Of a DNA stretch of 64,000 bases, positions 47,820-57,549 are shown in pieces. The first letter of the stretch is position 1, and each line of letters starts with the position of its first letter. The stretch covers positions 3,744,001 through 3,808,000 of the forward strand of contig OY762492.1 in assembly GCA_963665845.2 (NCBI GenBank), in the 5' to 3' direction. The position numbers and the translations under genes were made by a program. The notes beneath the pieces are model-generated. The model had not been told where the DNA came from and did not search any database. It saw only the letters and a list, made by a program, of their open reading frames with translations. The DNA is from Candidatus Poribacteria bacterium (GTDB taxonomy: Bacteria > Poribacteria > WGA-4E > GCA-2687025).

Positions 47820-50800
47820 ATGGACGCGGCAATTCGAGACTACATCAAAGCGCTGAACGAGAACCTAGCGAAAGGAACGGCGGGAGAGCATACGCATCGC
47901 CCCGCGCTGAAAACGTTTATCGAAGCGGCGTTCAACGATGTCCATGCCGTCAACGAACCGAAGCGCATCGAGTGCGGATCGCCCGACCTTCAGATCGTGA
48001 AGAAAGGCGCAAGCCCGCTGACGGTCGGATATATCGAGGCGAAAGACATCCATGTCGATTTGAAAGCCATCGACCATGACAGCGGCTTAAGGAACCCGAA
48101 AACACCGAACGGACAGCAGCTGAAACGTTACCGCGAAGGTTTGCCGAACCTCATCTTGACGAATTATCTCGATTTGTATTGGTATGTGGACGGCGAACGT
48201 CGGCTGGACGCTTGCTTAGCTCAAGTGTCCGCGGGCATGTACAAGGCAAGTTTAGAGCTCGCGCCGCGCGAACTTCTGAACGGGTTTATGTCCCATTCGC
48301 TGATGCCGATCGCGCGCCCTGACGATCTCGCGCAGCGCATGGCGGGGCTGGCGCGGCTCATACGCGAATCGATACAGGACAGCTTCAACAGCGACGAGCC
48401 GCCCGCCGACCTGCAGGAGCTTTATGAAGCGTCTGAGCAGGCGCTGGACCCTGAATTGAAGCTGGACGACTTTATCGACATGTTCACGCAGACGCTCGCA
48501 TACGGGCTGTTTGCGGCGCGCGTCAACCATGATGAGACGGATCGGTTCGACCGCCAGAAAGCGGCGTATGAGATTCCGTCGCCCAACCCGTTTATCCAAA
48601 AAATGTTCCATCTGATTGTCGGTCCGCAGCTGAACAATACGCCGTTCGTTCATTATGTGGACGATCTGACGCGGCTGCTCAACAACGTCGACATGCATGC
48701 GCTGCTCGCCGACTTTGGACGCGGGACTGGCTTGCAAGACCCGATCATGCATTTCTACGAAACGTTTTTGGACGCTTACGATCCAGCGCTGCGGAGACAA
48801 CGAGGCGTGTACTACACCCCCAGCGCGGTCATCGGGTATATCGTCCGGTCGGTCAACATTCTCCTGAAGGAGCGGTTCGGCTGCATTGACGGGCTTGCCG
48901 ACCCGTCCAAAATAAGGCGTCCTGCGGACTCTCACCGCGTCTTGATTCTGGATCCCGCCTGCGGCACCGGCTCCTTCCTGTATGCCGTTGTGAACCATAT
49001 CCGCGATCATTTTGAGACAAGCGGACGCGCCGGCATGTGGAAAAACTATGTCAAAGAGCATCTATTGCCGCGCCTGTTTGGGTTTGAGCTGCTGACAGCG
49101 CCGTACGCGATGGCGCATCTGCGGCTCTGGATGCAGCTCTCCGCGCTGGACAAGGCGCCTGATCAGCGCGGCGCATGGGAGTATGAATTCGCCCCGAATG
49201 AACGAATCGGCGTCTATCTGACCAACTCGCTGCATAAAGCCGAGGCCTTACAGAAGCCGATCGGATTCCTCGGCGTCTTGACCGACGAAGCGAACGCCGC
49301 CGTCAACATCAAAAGCGAACTGCCTGTCATGGTGGTTCTCGGCAACCCGCCTTACGCCGGGCATTCCGCCAACAAGGGCGCATGGATCCGGGAGAAAATT
49401 GACGATTACAAGAAGATCAACGGCGAATCGATCCATGAGCGGAATATAAAGTGGCTGAGCGACGACTATGTGAAGTTCATTCGGTTTGGGCAGTGGCGCA
49501 TCGAAGAAACAGGGTCGGGGATTCTCGCCTTCATCACGAATCATGGGTATATCGACAACGTTACCTTTCGAGGAATGCGCAAGAGTTTGCTGGAAACCTT
49601 CGACGAGATTTATCTGCTGGATTTACACGGGAACGCCCGCAAAGGCGAACAGGCGCCGGACGGCGGGCCTGACGAGAACGTCTTCAATATCCAGCAGGGA
49701 GTCGCCATCGGCATCTTTGTCAAAAATGAACGGAAGGACGGGGAGAAAAAGGCGTTAGCGTCCGTTTACCATGCCGATTTGTGGGGCATACGGGATGAGA
49801 AATACAAGGCGCTGAACGAGACGGATTTACGCGGCACAGACTGGACAACAGTAGCGATAAAGGCGCCACAATACTACTTCAAGCACAACGGGGATGTGAA
49901 ATTAGAGGCTGAATGGCTGGAGTGGCCCAAGATCAACGACATCATGCCGGTCAATTCGGTGGGCATCAGAACGGCGCGCGACAAGCTGACGATTCATTTC
50001 GAAAAAGAGAATCTGATCAACACGATTCGCGAGTTTGCCGCCTTGTCGCCCGAAGAAGCCAGAGCGCGCTTTCATCTTCGACCCGATTCGCGCGATTGGA
50101 AAATCGAGTTGGCGCAAACCGATCTGAACGAATCGCAGCATTCGAATGAGAACGTCGTTCCGATTCTTTACCGCCCATTCGACAACCGATGGACATATTA
50201 CACAGGCAAGAGTCGCGGCTTTCACTGCATGCCTCGTCCGCAGGTGATGCGCCATATGCGGCGAGCAGAAACCATCGGTTTGCTTTTCGTGCGGCAGGTT
50301 ACATCTAAGGTCGGCTATACTCATTTTGGAGCGACTCGATACATCGTCGAAGGCGGCGCGCTTGGGAACGATATGGCAAGCGTCGCTCCGCTTTATCTGC
50401 AGCCGGGAGACGCGCCTAAATCCAGCCTCCCTGATCTGGGTCTACTGAAGCCGAACCTAGACGCCGCGTTCATCGAGACGCTGGAGGCGGCTCTTCGTCT
50501 CCGCTTTGCGCCTGACGGACCGGGCGATCTGGAGGAAACCTTCGGTCCGGAGGATGTGTTTCATTACATTTACGCCGTTTTCCATTCTCCCACCTACCGC
50601 TCCCGTTACGACGCCTTTTTGCGCATCGATTTTCCGCGCGTCCCGCCGATTTCGGATGTCGGTCTGTTTCGCCGTCTGGTTGAACTGGGTCGGGAGTTGA
50701 CGCAGGCGCATCTGTTGGAGTCGGCGGCGGTTCAGAATTTCAGGTTGAAGTTTCCGGAGGCGGGGGAGAATATCGTCGAAAAGAGCCATCCGAAGTATGT

Positions 50801-51104
50801 TGAGCCGGGCGCATCGTCGGGCTTGGAGGCGGGTCGGGTCTATATCAACAGCGGCGCTTCGACGTTGACGGAGCCGAGAGGCGGTCAATATTTTGAGGGC
50901 GTTTCGCCGGCGGTGTGGGAATTTCAGCTGGGCGGTTATCAGCCGATGCAGAAGTGGCTGAAGGATCGTCAGGGTCGGGCGTTGAGTTTTGACGATCAGA
51001 CGCATTACATGCGCATGGCGGGGGCGTTGGCGGAGACGCTTCGGCTGGCGCCGTTGATTGACGAGGCGGTCGGCGAGAGCGCGGATCTGTTCGCCACCGC
51101 ATGA
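47820..51104 (+). CDS. single-chain restriction-modification enzyme (Type IIG-like: nuclease, N6-MTase, type ISP-like C-terminal specificity domain)
   Basis: PD...EAK...QLKRY nuclease; GVYYTP, LDPACGTGSF, GNPPY; YRPFD; YIYAVFHSPTY...IDFPRVP; KWLKDR. Confidence 0.9.
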   Translation: MDAAIRDYIKALNENLAKGTAGEHTHRPALKTFIEAAFNDVHAVNEPKRIECGSPDLQIVKKGASPLTVGYIEAKDIHVDLKAIDHDSGLRNPKTPNGQQLKRYREGLPNLILTNYLDLYWYVDGERRLDACLAQVSAGMYKASLELAPRELLNGFMSHSLMPIARPDDLAQRMAGLARLIRESIQDSFNSDEPPADLQELYEASEQALDPELKLDDFIDMFTQTLAYGLFAARVNHDETDRFDRQKAAYEIPSPNPFIQKMFHLIVGPQLNNTPFVHYVDDLTRLLNNVDMHALLADFGRGTGLQDPIMHFYETFLDAYDPALRRQRGVYYTPSAVIGYIVRSVNILLKERFGCIDGLADPSKIRRPADSHRVLILDPACGTGSFLYAVVNHIRDHFETSGRAGMWKNYVKEHLLPRLFGFELLTAPYAMAHLRLWMQLSALDKAPDQRGAWEYEFAPNERIGVYLTNSLHKAEALQKPIGFLGVLTDEANAAVNIKSELPVMVVLGNPPYAGHSANKGAWIREKIDDYKKINGESIHERNIKWLSDDYVKFIRFGQWRIEETGSGILAFITNHGYIDNVTFRGMRKSLLETFDEIYLLDLHGNARKGEQAPDGGPDENVFNIQQGVAIGIFVKNERKDGEKKALASVYHADLWGIRDEKYKALNETDLRGTDWTTVAIKAPQYYFKHNGDVKLEAEWLEWPKINDIMPVNSVGIRTARDKLTIHFEKENLINTIREFAALSPEEARARFHLRPDSRDWKIELAQTDLNESQHSNENVVPILYRPFDNRWTYYTGKSRGFHCMPRPQVMRHMRRAETIGLLFVRQVTSKVGYTHFGATRYIVEGGALGNDMASVAPLYLQPGDAPKSSLPDLGLLKPNLDAAFIETLEAALRLRFAPDGPGDLEETFGPEDVFHYIYAVFHSPTYRSRYDAFLRIDFPRVPPISDVGLFRRLVELGRELTQAHLLESAAVQNFRLKFPEAGENIVEKSHPKYVEPGASSGLEAGRVYINSGASTLTEPRGGQYFEGVSPAVWEFQLGGYQPMQKWLKDRQGRALSFDDQTHYMRMAGALAETLRLAPLIDEAVGESADLFATA

Positions 51105-51204
51105 CCTCGCTTGTTGAGTTGCGCTTTTCGCTGATTCTGCAACGCAAAATCGTTTGCGTCCCACTTTTCCCAAATTATGAGACGCAAGCGGAAATCCAAA
51201 CGCC

Positions 51205-51237
51205 TTGCCTTCGCATCGAATGCGCGTATAATATACG
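51205..51237 (+). promoter_or_regulatory. putative sigma70 promoter with palindrome over the -10
   Basis: TTGCCT-N16-TATAAT; GCGTATA-A-TATACGC palindrome. Confidence 0.5.
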
Positions 51238-51271
51238 CATAGGCGGTTTTCTGTTTTGGGGCGGATGGCGC

Positions 51272-51994
51272 ATGAGCAAATTTGACGGCAACAACGCAAC
51301 GGATACGCTAGTGTCGCGCATACTGGAAGAGTTGAGCGCCGATCCAGAGGCAAAATGGAAACTTTTCAACGCGCTGCTTTCGGATGAAATGAAGCAGCTG
51401 CCGAGCCGCGTCAACAAATTGCAAGACGATGTGGATCAGCTGATGGACGATGTCCAGGTACTGAAAGAGGATGTCCGAGAACTGAAGACGGACATGGCGG
51501 AGGTGAAGAGCGACATCCGAGAAATGAAGGGCGACATCCGAGAACTAAAGATTTCCAACGCAGAAATGAAGGGCGACAACCTTGAGTTCAAGCTGGGCGT
51601 GCGCGCTAAATCGTACGTCTGCCAATGGCTAGGCTTGCAAGACCCCGTTATGCTGTCAAGTTACGTCGACTATTTGAGCAATGAATTGCATACGGCGGTC
51701 TCGAAAGCGCTGCAGGAAGGGCGCATCACCGAGCGGCAGGAACAGCGCATCGTCGCAACCGATGTGATCATGCGCGCAAAGCTTCGATCCGACAAATCGC
51801 CTGTATGCATAGCGCTTGAGGCGTCCTACACGATCGACGCGAGCGACATCGACCGCGCCAAAGAATCGGCGGACGCGCTCCATATCGTTACGGGCTTGCC
51901 GACCATACCGGTCGCTACGGGCTATCACATTTCCGACCAGACGATGCGTTACGCTGAAGAGCGGGGCGTGGAGGTTCGTATCGTATCGTCTTAG
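51272..51994 (+). CDS. coiled-coil protein with C-terminal PD-(D/E)XK-like domain
   Basis: Heptads LKEDVRELKTDMAEVKSDIREMKGDIREL; ATDVIMRA...LEASYTIDASDIDRA...PVATG. Confidence 0.65.
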   Translation: MSKFDGNNATDTLVSRILEELSADPEAKWKLFNALLSDEMKQLPSRVNKLQDDVDQLMDDVQVLKEDVRELKTDMAEVKSDIREMKGDIRELKISNAEMKGDNLEFKLGVRAKSYVCQWLGLQDPVMLSSYVDYLSNELHTAVSKALQEGRITERQEQRIVATDVIMRAKLRSDKSPVCIALEASYTIDASDIDRAKESADALHIVTGLPTIPVATGYHISDQTMRYAEERGVEVRIVSS

Positions 51995-52275
51995 CGCGCC
52001 TCTTTGAGCGGCTCCAATTTGCCCGCCTTCTCCCATTCTTCCAGGTCGTCGTCGTCCCCGATATGCTTTCCGTCGATAAAGATCTGCGGCACATCGCTTC
52101 GTCCGCCGGTGAGTCCAGCAATTTCGTCCCGCAGCTTCGGCTCGTCCGGCCCGTAGATGTTCACCTCCTCATACGGAATATCGCGGTATTTGAGAATGTC
52201 CAGCGCCGTTTTGCAATACGGGCAGCCTGTGCGCGTGTAAATTTTGACGCGCGGTTTTGCGTCCGCTTTGTTCAT
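51991..52275 (-). CDS. glutaredoxin
   Basis: CPYC, VPQIFIDGKHIG; start could be 52305. Confidence 0.92.
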   Translation of the reverse strand: MNKADAKPRVKIYTRTGCPYCKTALDILKYRDIPYEEVNIYGPDEPKLRDEIAGLTGGRSDVPQIFIDGKHIGDDDDLEEWEKAGKLEPLKEAR

Positions 52276-52322
52276 CTGTTCCGCCTTTCGCGTGTTTCGT
52301 TTCATCTAAAGTATAGCGCCTA

Positions 52323-53741
52323 TCAACGCCGCAGGCTTTTAGAGAGGCGGATAAACTCCGCAAGCGTCCGCACATTTCGGTTGAAGGTTCTGCAGCGGAT
52401 CTGCCCTTCCTCAACCCATCTCCCCTGATTGTCTAAACGGTTGACAATCTCCATGACGCGCGGCTTCAGCTCTTCAACCTTCTCTTTCCGCTTTTGATCG
52501 GAGAGCGGCGCGTTCTGTTTGGCGAGATACGCTTCCCGCCCCTCCGCCTTCACCTCTTCAGCGTATCGAATCAGGCTCGATACGCCGTAACCGCCTTGGA
52601 ACGAGTAATGGGTCGGCAGGTCGTTCGGATGGTCGACGATCTCGTAACGCTTGTTGAAATAGATCGGCTTGTTGGTTCGCAGCTCATAGAAACGCGCCCA
52701 TCGGTTCTCGCCGACGCTGGAGCGCTGATACCATTCCGCCGCCTTCAGCGCCGCGTTGAAATACTCCTCCCGCCCGTATTCAAGATACAGGTCGATGAGC
52801 AGCCGCGCGGTACCGGACGACTCGCCGCCGGAAATGGACGGCGGCTCAAACTTGCGCGCCCAGTCAGGTTCCATCTGGTAATTGTACTGCTGCGCCCATG
52901 CCGGCTGCGGCTCCGGCATCTGCGCGTCCAAAATGAACTGGGCGGCGCGCAATGCCGTTTCTTCATACGCCGACTCCTCGTACTGCTTCGCGGCGATGAT
53001 CAGCGTCTTGACGATGTCGCGGATGGCGTTGTCGTTGAACGTGTAGAAGCCGCTGTAGCGCGTTTTGACATATGTCCGCGACCAGCTCTCTGGATACTTC
53101 GCTTTGAGAGAGGGTCTTTCTTCAACGCTCCATGTTTCTCCCGCGTAGACTTGCGGCCAAGCGCCGTTCGGATACTGCGCCTTCAAAACCGCCTTCAGCC
53201 CGTATTCAACAGCCTCCCGCGCCTCTTTGAGCCGCCCCTCTTCCAGCTGGTCGATTCTCATGAGAAAGCGCAGCGCGCTCTGCGTGTTGTCGTCGTCAAA
53301 GATGGTTCGGTCTCTCGCGCCGGGTCTTGGGTTGACGCGGTAATTCCATTTTTTGCGCTGGTCGGGGTGAAACTCGATGCGGTAGTCCCATCCGCCTGTC
53401 GTCAGCTGCGTGTCGTAAAGCGCCTTGGCGGTCTGCCTCGCCGCTTCGAGATACTCCCGCTTCTCTGTAGCTTCGTAGGCGTCCAGCAGCGCCTCTCCAA
53501 CGGCGGGCGTCCCCGGCGGCTGAACCCATCCCATCGTTTCGGTCGCGTCGCCTTCCCCTTTGCGGACCGACAGATCTTCCGAGTATGTCCACAGATAGCT
53601 CCCCCGCGTTGACACCTTCTGCGTGAAGTATTGAACGGCGTCGTCCAGCGCCGTCTCCGCTGTTTCCAGCGCCGTCTCCGCCTGCGCGTTGACGCATAAT
53701 AAAGCGAATGCAAACGCCGCCGCCATCCGCAGTATCCGCAT
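52323..53741 (-). CDS. secreted pectate-lyase-like protein (PL10/PelA-like)
   Basis: Signal peptide; FDDDNTQ, AQYPNGAWPQ, TFNDNA, WAQQY, ARKFEP, WARFYE. Confidence 0.75.
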   Translation of the reverse strand: MRILRMAAAFAFALLCVNAQAETALETAETALDDAVQYFTQKVSTRGSYLWTYSEDLSVRKGEGDATETMGWVQPPGTPAVGEALLDAYEATEKREYLEAARQTAKALYDTQLTTGGWDYRIEFHPDQRKKWNYRVNPRPGARDRTIFDDDNTQSALRFLMRIDQLEEGRLKEAREAVEYGLKAVLKAQYPNGAWPQVYAGETWSVEERPSLKAKYPESWSRTYVKTRYSGFYTFNDNAIRDIVKTLIIAAKQYEESAYEETALRAAQFILDAQMPEPQPAWAQQYNYQMEPDWARKFEPPSISGGESSGTARLLIDLYLEYGREEYFNAALKAAEWYQRSSVGENRWARFYELRTNKPIYFNKRYEIVDHPNDLPTHYSFQGGYGVSSLIRYAEEVKAEGREAYLAKQNAPLSDQKRKEKVEELKPRVMEIVNRLDNQGRWVEEGQIRCRTFNRNVRTLAEFIRLSKSLRR

Positions 53742-53752
53742 CGCTCTTTCCT

Positions 53753-54586
53753 TTACTGATTCGGTCCGATGTAGTCGAACAGGTACTCATGCGGTTCTTC
53801 AAGGAAGACGGCGTTCGGATCGATGACAGCGTTTTCAAATACGCTTTCGCACCCTTTGCCGTATCGAAGCGGGCGCCCTCGTCGAAGCCACCCGGCGCAG
53901 TGGACAAGCGCGATCATATGCCGTATCTGGTCGGAGCGGTTCGGGACGCCCCGATGCCATAGACGCATATCGCGTATCAGAACCGACCCTTTCGGCGCCG
54001 TTCCGCGGACAGGCGGGACCTCCGCCCGCCGCTTCGCTTCGTCTTCTGGAGAGACGCCCCTGCCGACATCGCCAATCAGATGCGTCCCCGGCCACAGCTC
54101 CACGGCGCCGTTCTCTTCGGTCGTGTCGAGAGGCGAAATGTTGACGACAACCATATGCGTCGGATGCGACGGGTTCCGATTCGGCCAAAGATGCCCAGTG
54201 TCCATATGGAGCGGCTGCGTTTCGCTGCCGGGCGTGTTGGTGTTTCCGTTGTAGAAGCTGTTGAAGGCGCCGCTTCCGAACAGGCTGGAGGTGGTATGTT
54301 CAACAATCGGATTCGCCGCGATGTCGGGAAAAACATACGGATCAATCGGCGGCGGTCCCTGCTGCAGATGCCCTTTTGTCCGCCCCGATCCGCCCCATCG
54401 CTCATCTTGCACCATGCGGAGAGAGTCCTCCGTCATTTTGCCGCGCAGTATGTCAAGATGATCATGGCGCACAATGTCCTTGAGTATCACAAAGCCCGTT
54501 TCTCGGATGGCGTTCAGCGCGCTCTGCAGGTTTTCTGGGTTCAGTTTCCCGCTCTCTAGTTCGCTTTTGGAGACGCTAATTCGCAT
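53753..54586 (-). CDS. phytanoyl-CoA dioxygenase family protein
   Basis: QPLHMD, ENGAVELWPGTH, RDMRLWHRG. Confidence 0.88.
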   Translation of the reverse strand: MRISVSKSELESGKLNPENLQSALNAIRETGFVILKDIVRHDHLDILRGKMTEDSLRMVQDERWGGSGRTKGHLQQGPPPIDPYVFPDIAANPIVEHTTSSLFGSGAFNSFYNGNTNTPGSETQPLHMDTGHLWPNRNPSHPTHMVVVNISPLDTTEENGAVELWPGTHLIGDVGRGVSPEDEAKRRAEVPPVRGTAPKGSVLIRDMRLWHRGVPNRSDQIRHMIALVHCAGWLRRGRPLRYGKGCESVFENAVIDPNAVFLEEPHEYLFDYIGPNQ

Positions 54587-54676
54587 ATCGCCCTTTCGTT
54601 GATCATGTCCGCTTCGGCGCCATTATCGTCAATCGGCGCGTTTTGCGCAAGCGGCGGCTTAATACGGCGGCGCGTT

Positions 54677-54862
54677 CGATTCCCCTTTGAGAAGGGGCTA
54701 AGAGGGTTTGAGCGGCAAGCGCTGGACTCTGGATTCCCGCGCGCTTTACCTCAAGGGCGTCGCCAACCAGACCGTCATTCCCGCGCAAGCGGGAATCTAG
54801 AGGCGCCGCAGACGACGTCCGCGTTCATATCCAGCGTTGTCCCAACTTTAAGGGTAAGCTCG
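54677..54862. repeat. REP cluster and partial MITE (right half)
   Basis: gtcattcccgcgcaagcgggaatctagaggcgccgcagacgacgtccgcgttc...gtcccaactttaagggtaagctc. Confidence 0.75.
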
Positions 54863-54935
54863 GATCCAATAGCGTTGCCAACCGCAAAAAAATCGTCTAT
54901 GATAACCTCCATAGCAACTGAAAGGGCTTCCAAAA

Positions 54936-56291
54936 ATGCCGCAGACGCCGTTTCATATCATGACCAAGCCGATCGGACCGCTCTGCAACCTGGACTGCAA
55001 ATACTGCTACTACCTAGAAAAAGAGCATCTCTACCCGCCCCGCCACAGCTTCCGCATGACGGACGAAACGCTTGAAAACTATGTCCGCCAATATGTAGCC
55101 GCCCAGCCGACCCAAGAGATCGAGTTCGCATGGCAGGGCGGAGAGCCGACGCTCATGGGTTTGGATTTCTTCAAGCGCATGGTCGAACTTCAGCAGAAGT
55201 ACTGCCCGCCCGGCAAACGGATCACCACCTCGCTCCAAACAAACGGAACGCTCCTGAACGACGAATGGTGCGAATTCTTTAAAAAACATGATTTCCTCGT
55301 CGGCATCAGCATCGACGGTCCGCAGGACCTGCATGACCGTTACCGCGTCGACAAAGGAGGCAAGCCCAGCTTTGACCAGGTCATGCGCGGCGTCAAATAT
55401 CTGCAGGCGCATGAGGTGCGTTACAACACGCTCACCGTCGTCCATCGGTATACGGGCAAACGCCCGCTGGATGTGTACCATTTCCTGCGCGACGAAGTGA
55501 AAACGGAGTTCATGCAGTTCATTCCGATTGTTGAGCGGATCGGCGAAGGCGAGGGTCTGTTGTGGCTGGCGCCGCCGCCGGCCATCGGAGAGGACGCGCC
55601 TGTCGAGAAGGGTCCGCCCGTCCAGCCGTGGAGCGTGGAGCCGCGCGACTACGGCGACTTTCTCTCCGCCGTTTTTGACGAATGGGTGCGCAGCGATGTC
55701 GGCAAAGTGTTCGTTCAGCTGTTTGAGGTGCATCTCGGCATCTGGATGGGCATGGGCGCCTCCCTGTGCGTCTTCGGCGAAACATGCGGCAGCGCGCTGG
55801 CGATGGAGCATAACGGCGACCTGTACTCCTGCGATCATTACGTCTATCCCGAATATCTGCTCGGCAACATCAACGAAACGCCGCTCATCGATCTGGTGAA
55901 TCTCCCGGCGCAGAAAAAATTCGGCGACGACAAACGAGACGCGCTCCCGAAATACTGCCGAGAGTGCGACGTCCGCTTCGCCTGCAACGGCGAATGCCCA
56001 AAACATCGGTTCTACATCACGCCGGACGGCGAGCCTGGACTCAATTACCTGTGCGCTGGATACAAACGGTATTTCAAGCATATCGACCCGTATATGCGCG
56101 CCTTTGCGGGGCTGCTGCGTTCAGGGCGCCCCGCGACCGACATCATGGCTCTCGTCCGAGAACATGACGCCCAGCGCAAAACGCAAGCCAGATGGACATC
56201 CGCGTCGCGCAACGACCCATGCCCATGCGGCAGCGGAAAGAAATACAAGACATGCTGCTGGAGCAAGAGAGGTCAGGCGGCGCGGAAATGA
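54936..56291 (+). CDS. anaerobic sulfatase maturase (radical SAM/SPASM) with C-terminal SEC-C motif
   Basis: CNLDCKYCYY, WQGGEPTL, YSCDH, CNGECPK, RNDPCPCGSGKKYKTCC. Confidence 0.95.
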   Translation: MPQTPFHIMTKPIGPLCNLDCKYCYYLEKEHLYPPRHSFRMTDETLENYVRQYVAAQPTQEIEFAWQGGEPTLMGLDFFKRMVELQQKYCPPGKRITTSLQTNGTLLNDEWCEFFKKHDFLVGISIDGPQDLHDRYRVDKGGKPSFDQVMRGVKYLQAHEVRYNTLTVVHRYTGKRPLDVYHFLRDEVKTEFMQFIPIVERIGEGEGLLWLAPPPAIGEDAPVEKGPPVQPWSVEPRDYGDFLSAVFDEWVRSDVGKVFVQLFEVHLGIWMGMGASLCVFGETCGSALAMEHNGDLYSCDHYVYPEYLLGNINETPLIDLVNLPAQKKFGDDKRDALPKYCRECDVRFACNGECPKHRFYITPDGEPGLNYLCAGYKRYFKHIDPYMRAFAGLLRSGRPATDIMALVREHDAQRKTQARWTSASRNDPCPCGSGKKYKTCCWSKRGQAARK

Positions 56292-56544
56292 CCCCCGTTT
56301 TCACGGGGCAGGCTATGAGGACGCGGGGTTTCTAGACTCCCACCTTGAAAAGAGGGGCTGGGGGGTTTTAGCGCGGTTTGCGCTTGGTTTTGAACCAGGA
56401 TTGAAGGATGATTAAGATTGCCAAGATAGCGTTTTACGGGAATTTTCTTGGCAATCCTAGTTCAGACGACAACTGCGGCTAAGATTCCCGCTTACGCGGG
56501 AATGACCCCCGTTTTCACGGGGGCAGGCTATGAGGACGCGGGGT
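56287..56544. repeat. composite repeat region bounded by ~43-bp direct repeats
   Basis: aatgacccccgttttcacgggg(g)caggctatgaggacgcggggt at 56287 and 56501; encloses REP hairpins and a GAACCAGGAT...ATCCTAGTTC element. Confidence 0.8.
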
Positions 56545-57506
56545 CAACGTTCGGCGAACGCGCCGCGCAGGATCTCCATGATCAGCTCATCGTAGGAGAC
56601 GCCGTCTTCCGCCGCTTGAGCGGGCAGGTCGCTTAGGTCGGTCAGTCCTGGGAGGGTGTTTAGGTCTAGGATATACGGCTCTCCGTTCGCGTCGATCATC
56701 ATATCGACGCGGGAAACGCTATGGCATCCGAGGGAGCGGTGGGCGGCCATTCCGATCTGTTGAACGCGCAAGGTAGTTTCTGGAGAAAGCCGCGCAGGGA
56801 GAATAAACTCGGTCATCCCTTCGGTGTATTTTGCGTGGTAATCGTAAAAATCGTTTCGCGGAACCAACTCTAAAATCGGAAGCGCGCGCAGTTCTGGACC
56901 GTCGCCGAGGAGGCCGACCGTCGCTTCCATCCCTACGATGCGCTTCTCGACAAGAACCGAGCCGTATTTCTGCCGCGTTTCGCGCAGCGCCGCTGTCAGC
57001 TCATCCCGCCGCCCCGCCATGACAACGCCGAGGCTGGAGCCTTCCGAGGCGGGCTTCACAACGGCGGGCAGCCCGACCCGTTCGATGAACTGGTCCGCCT
57101 GCTCCTCGAGGCAGCGGCGCGGGTCGATCTCGATATACGGCGGGGTCGGCAAGCCGTTCGCTTCCCAGATCTGCTTGGCGCGGCCTTTGTGCATGGCGAG
57201 GGCGCTCGCTAAAACGCCTGAACCGGTATAACGCAAGTCGAGCGTTTCTAAAAAACCTTGGACGGTTCCGTCCTCCCCCCATCTCCCATGGAGCGCCAGA
57301 AAAACGGCCGACGGGCGGTTCGACAGCAGCGTTTCAAGCCAGCCCTCCTTGCCTGGATCAACGGGGTAGGCGTCAACGCCTTGACGGCGGAGCGCATCCA
57401 GCGCGTTGCTTCCCGACCGAAGCGACACTTCCCGTTCGCCGGAGCGCCCGCCCAGCATGACAGCGATCCGCGCGTTTTCATCGATGAAGCCCATGTTCTC
57501 GCTCAT
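56544..57506 (-). CDS. ddl: D-alanine--D-alanine ligase
   Basis: GGRSGEREVSL, LHGRWGEDG, EGSSLG, FYDYHAKY, NTLPG. Confidence 0.96.
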   Translation of the reverse strand: MSENMGFIDENARIAVMLGGRSGEREVSLRSGSNALDALRRQGVDAYPVDPGKEGWLETLLSNRPSAVFLALHGRWGEDGTVQGFLETLDLRYTGSGVLASALAMHKGRAKQIWEANGLPTPPYIEIDPRRCLEEQADQFIERVGLPAVVKPASEGSSLGVVMAGRRDELTAALRETRQKYGSVLVEKRIVGMEATVGLLGDGPELRALPILELVPRNDFYDYHAKYTEGMTEFILPARLSPETTLRVQQIGMAAHRSLGCHSVSRVDMMIDANGEPYILDLNTLPGLTDLSDLPAQAAEDGVSYDELIMEILRGAFAER

Positions 57507-57549
57507 TCCCGTTTCCTTTTATATGTCCATCTCTCGCTTGCGGCGAAAT

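Noticed and set aside
56190-56291. SEC-C motif on anSME as a novel fusion
   Set aside because: This is a known, common architecture.
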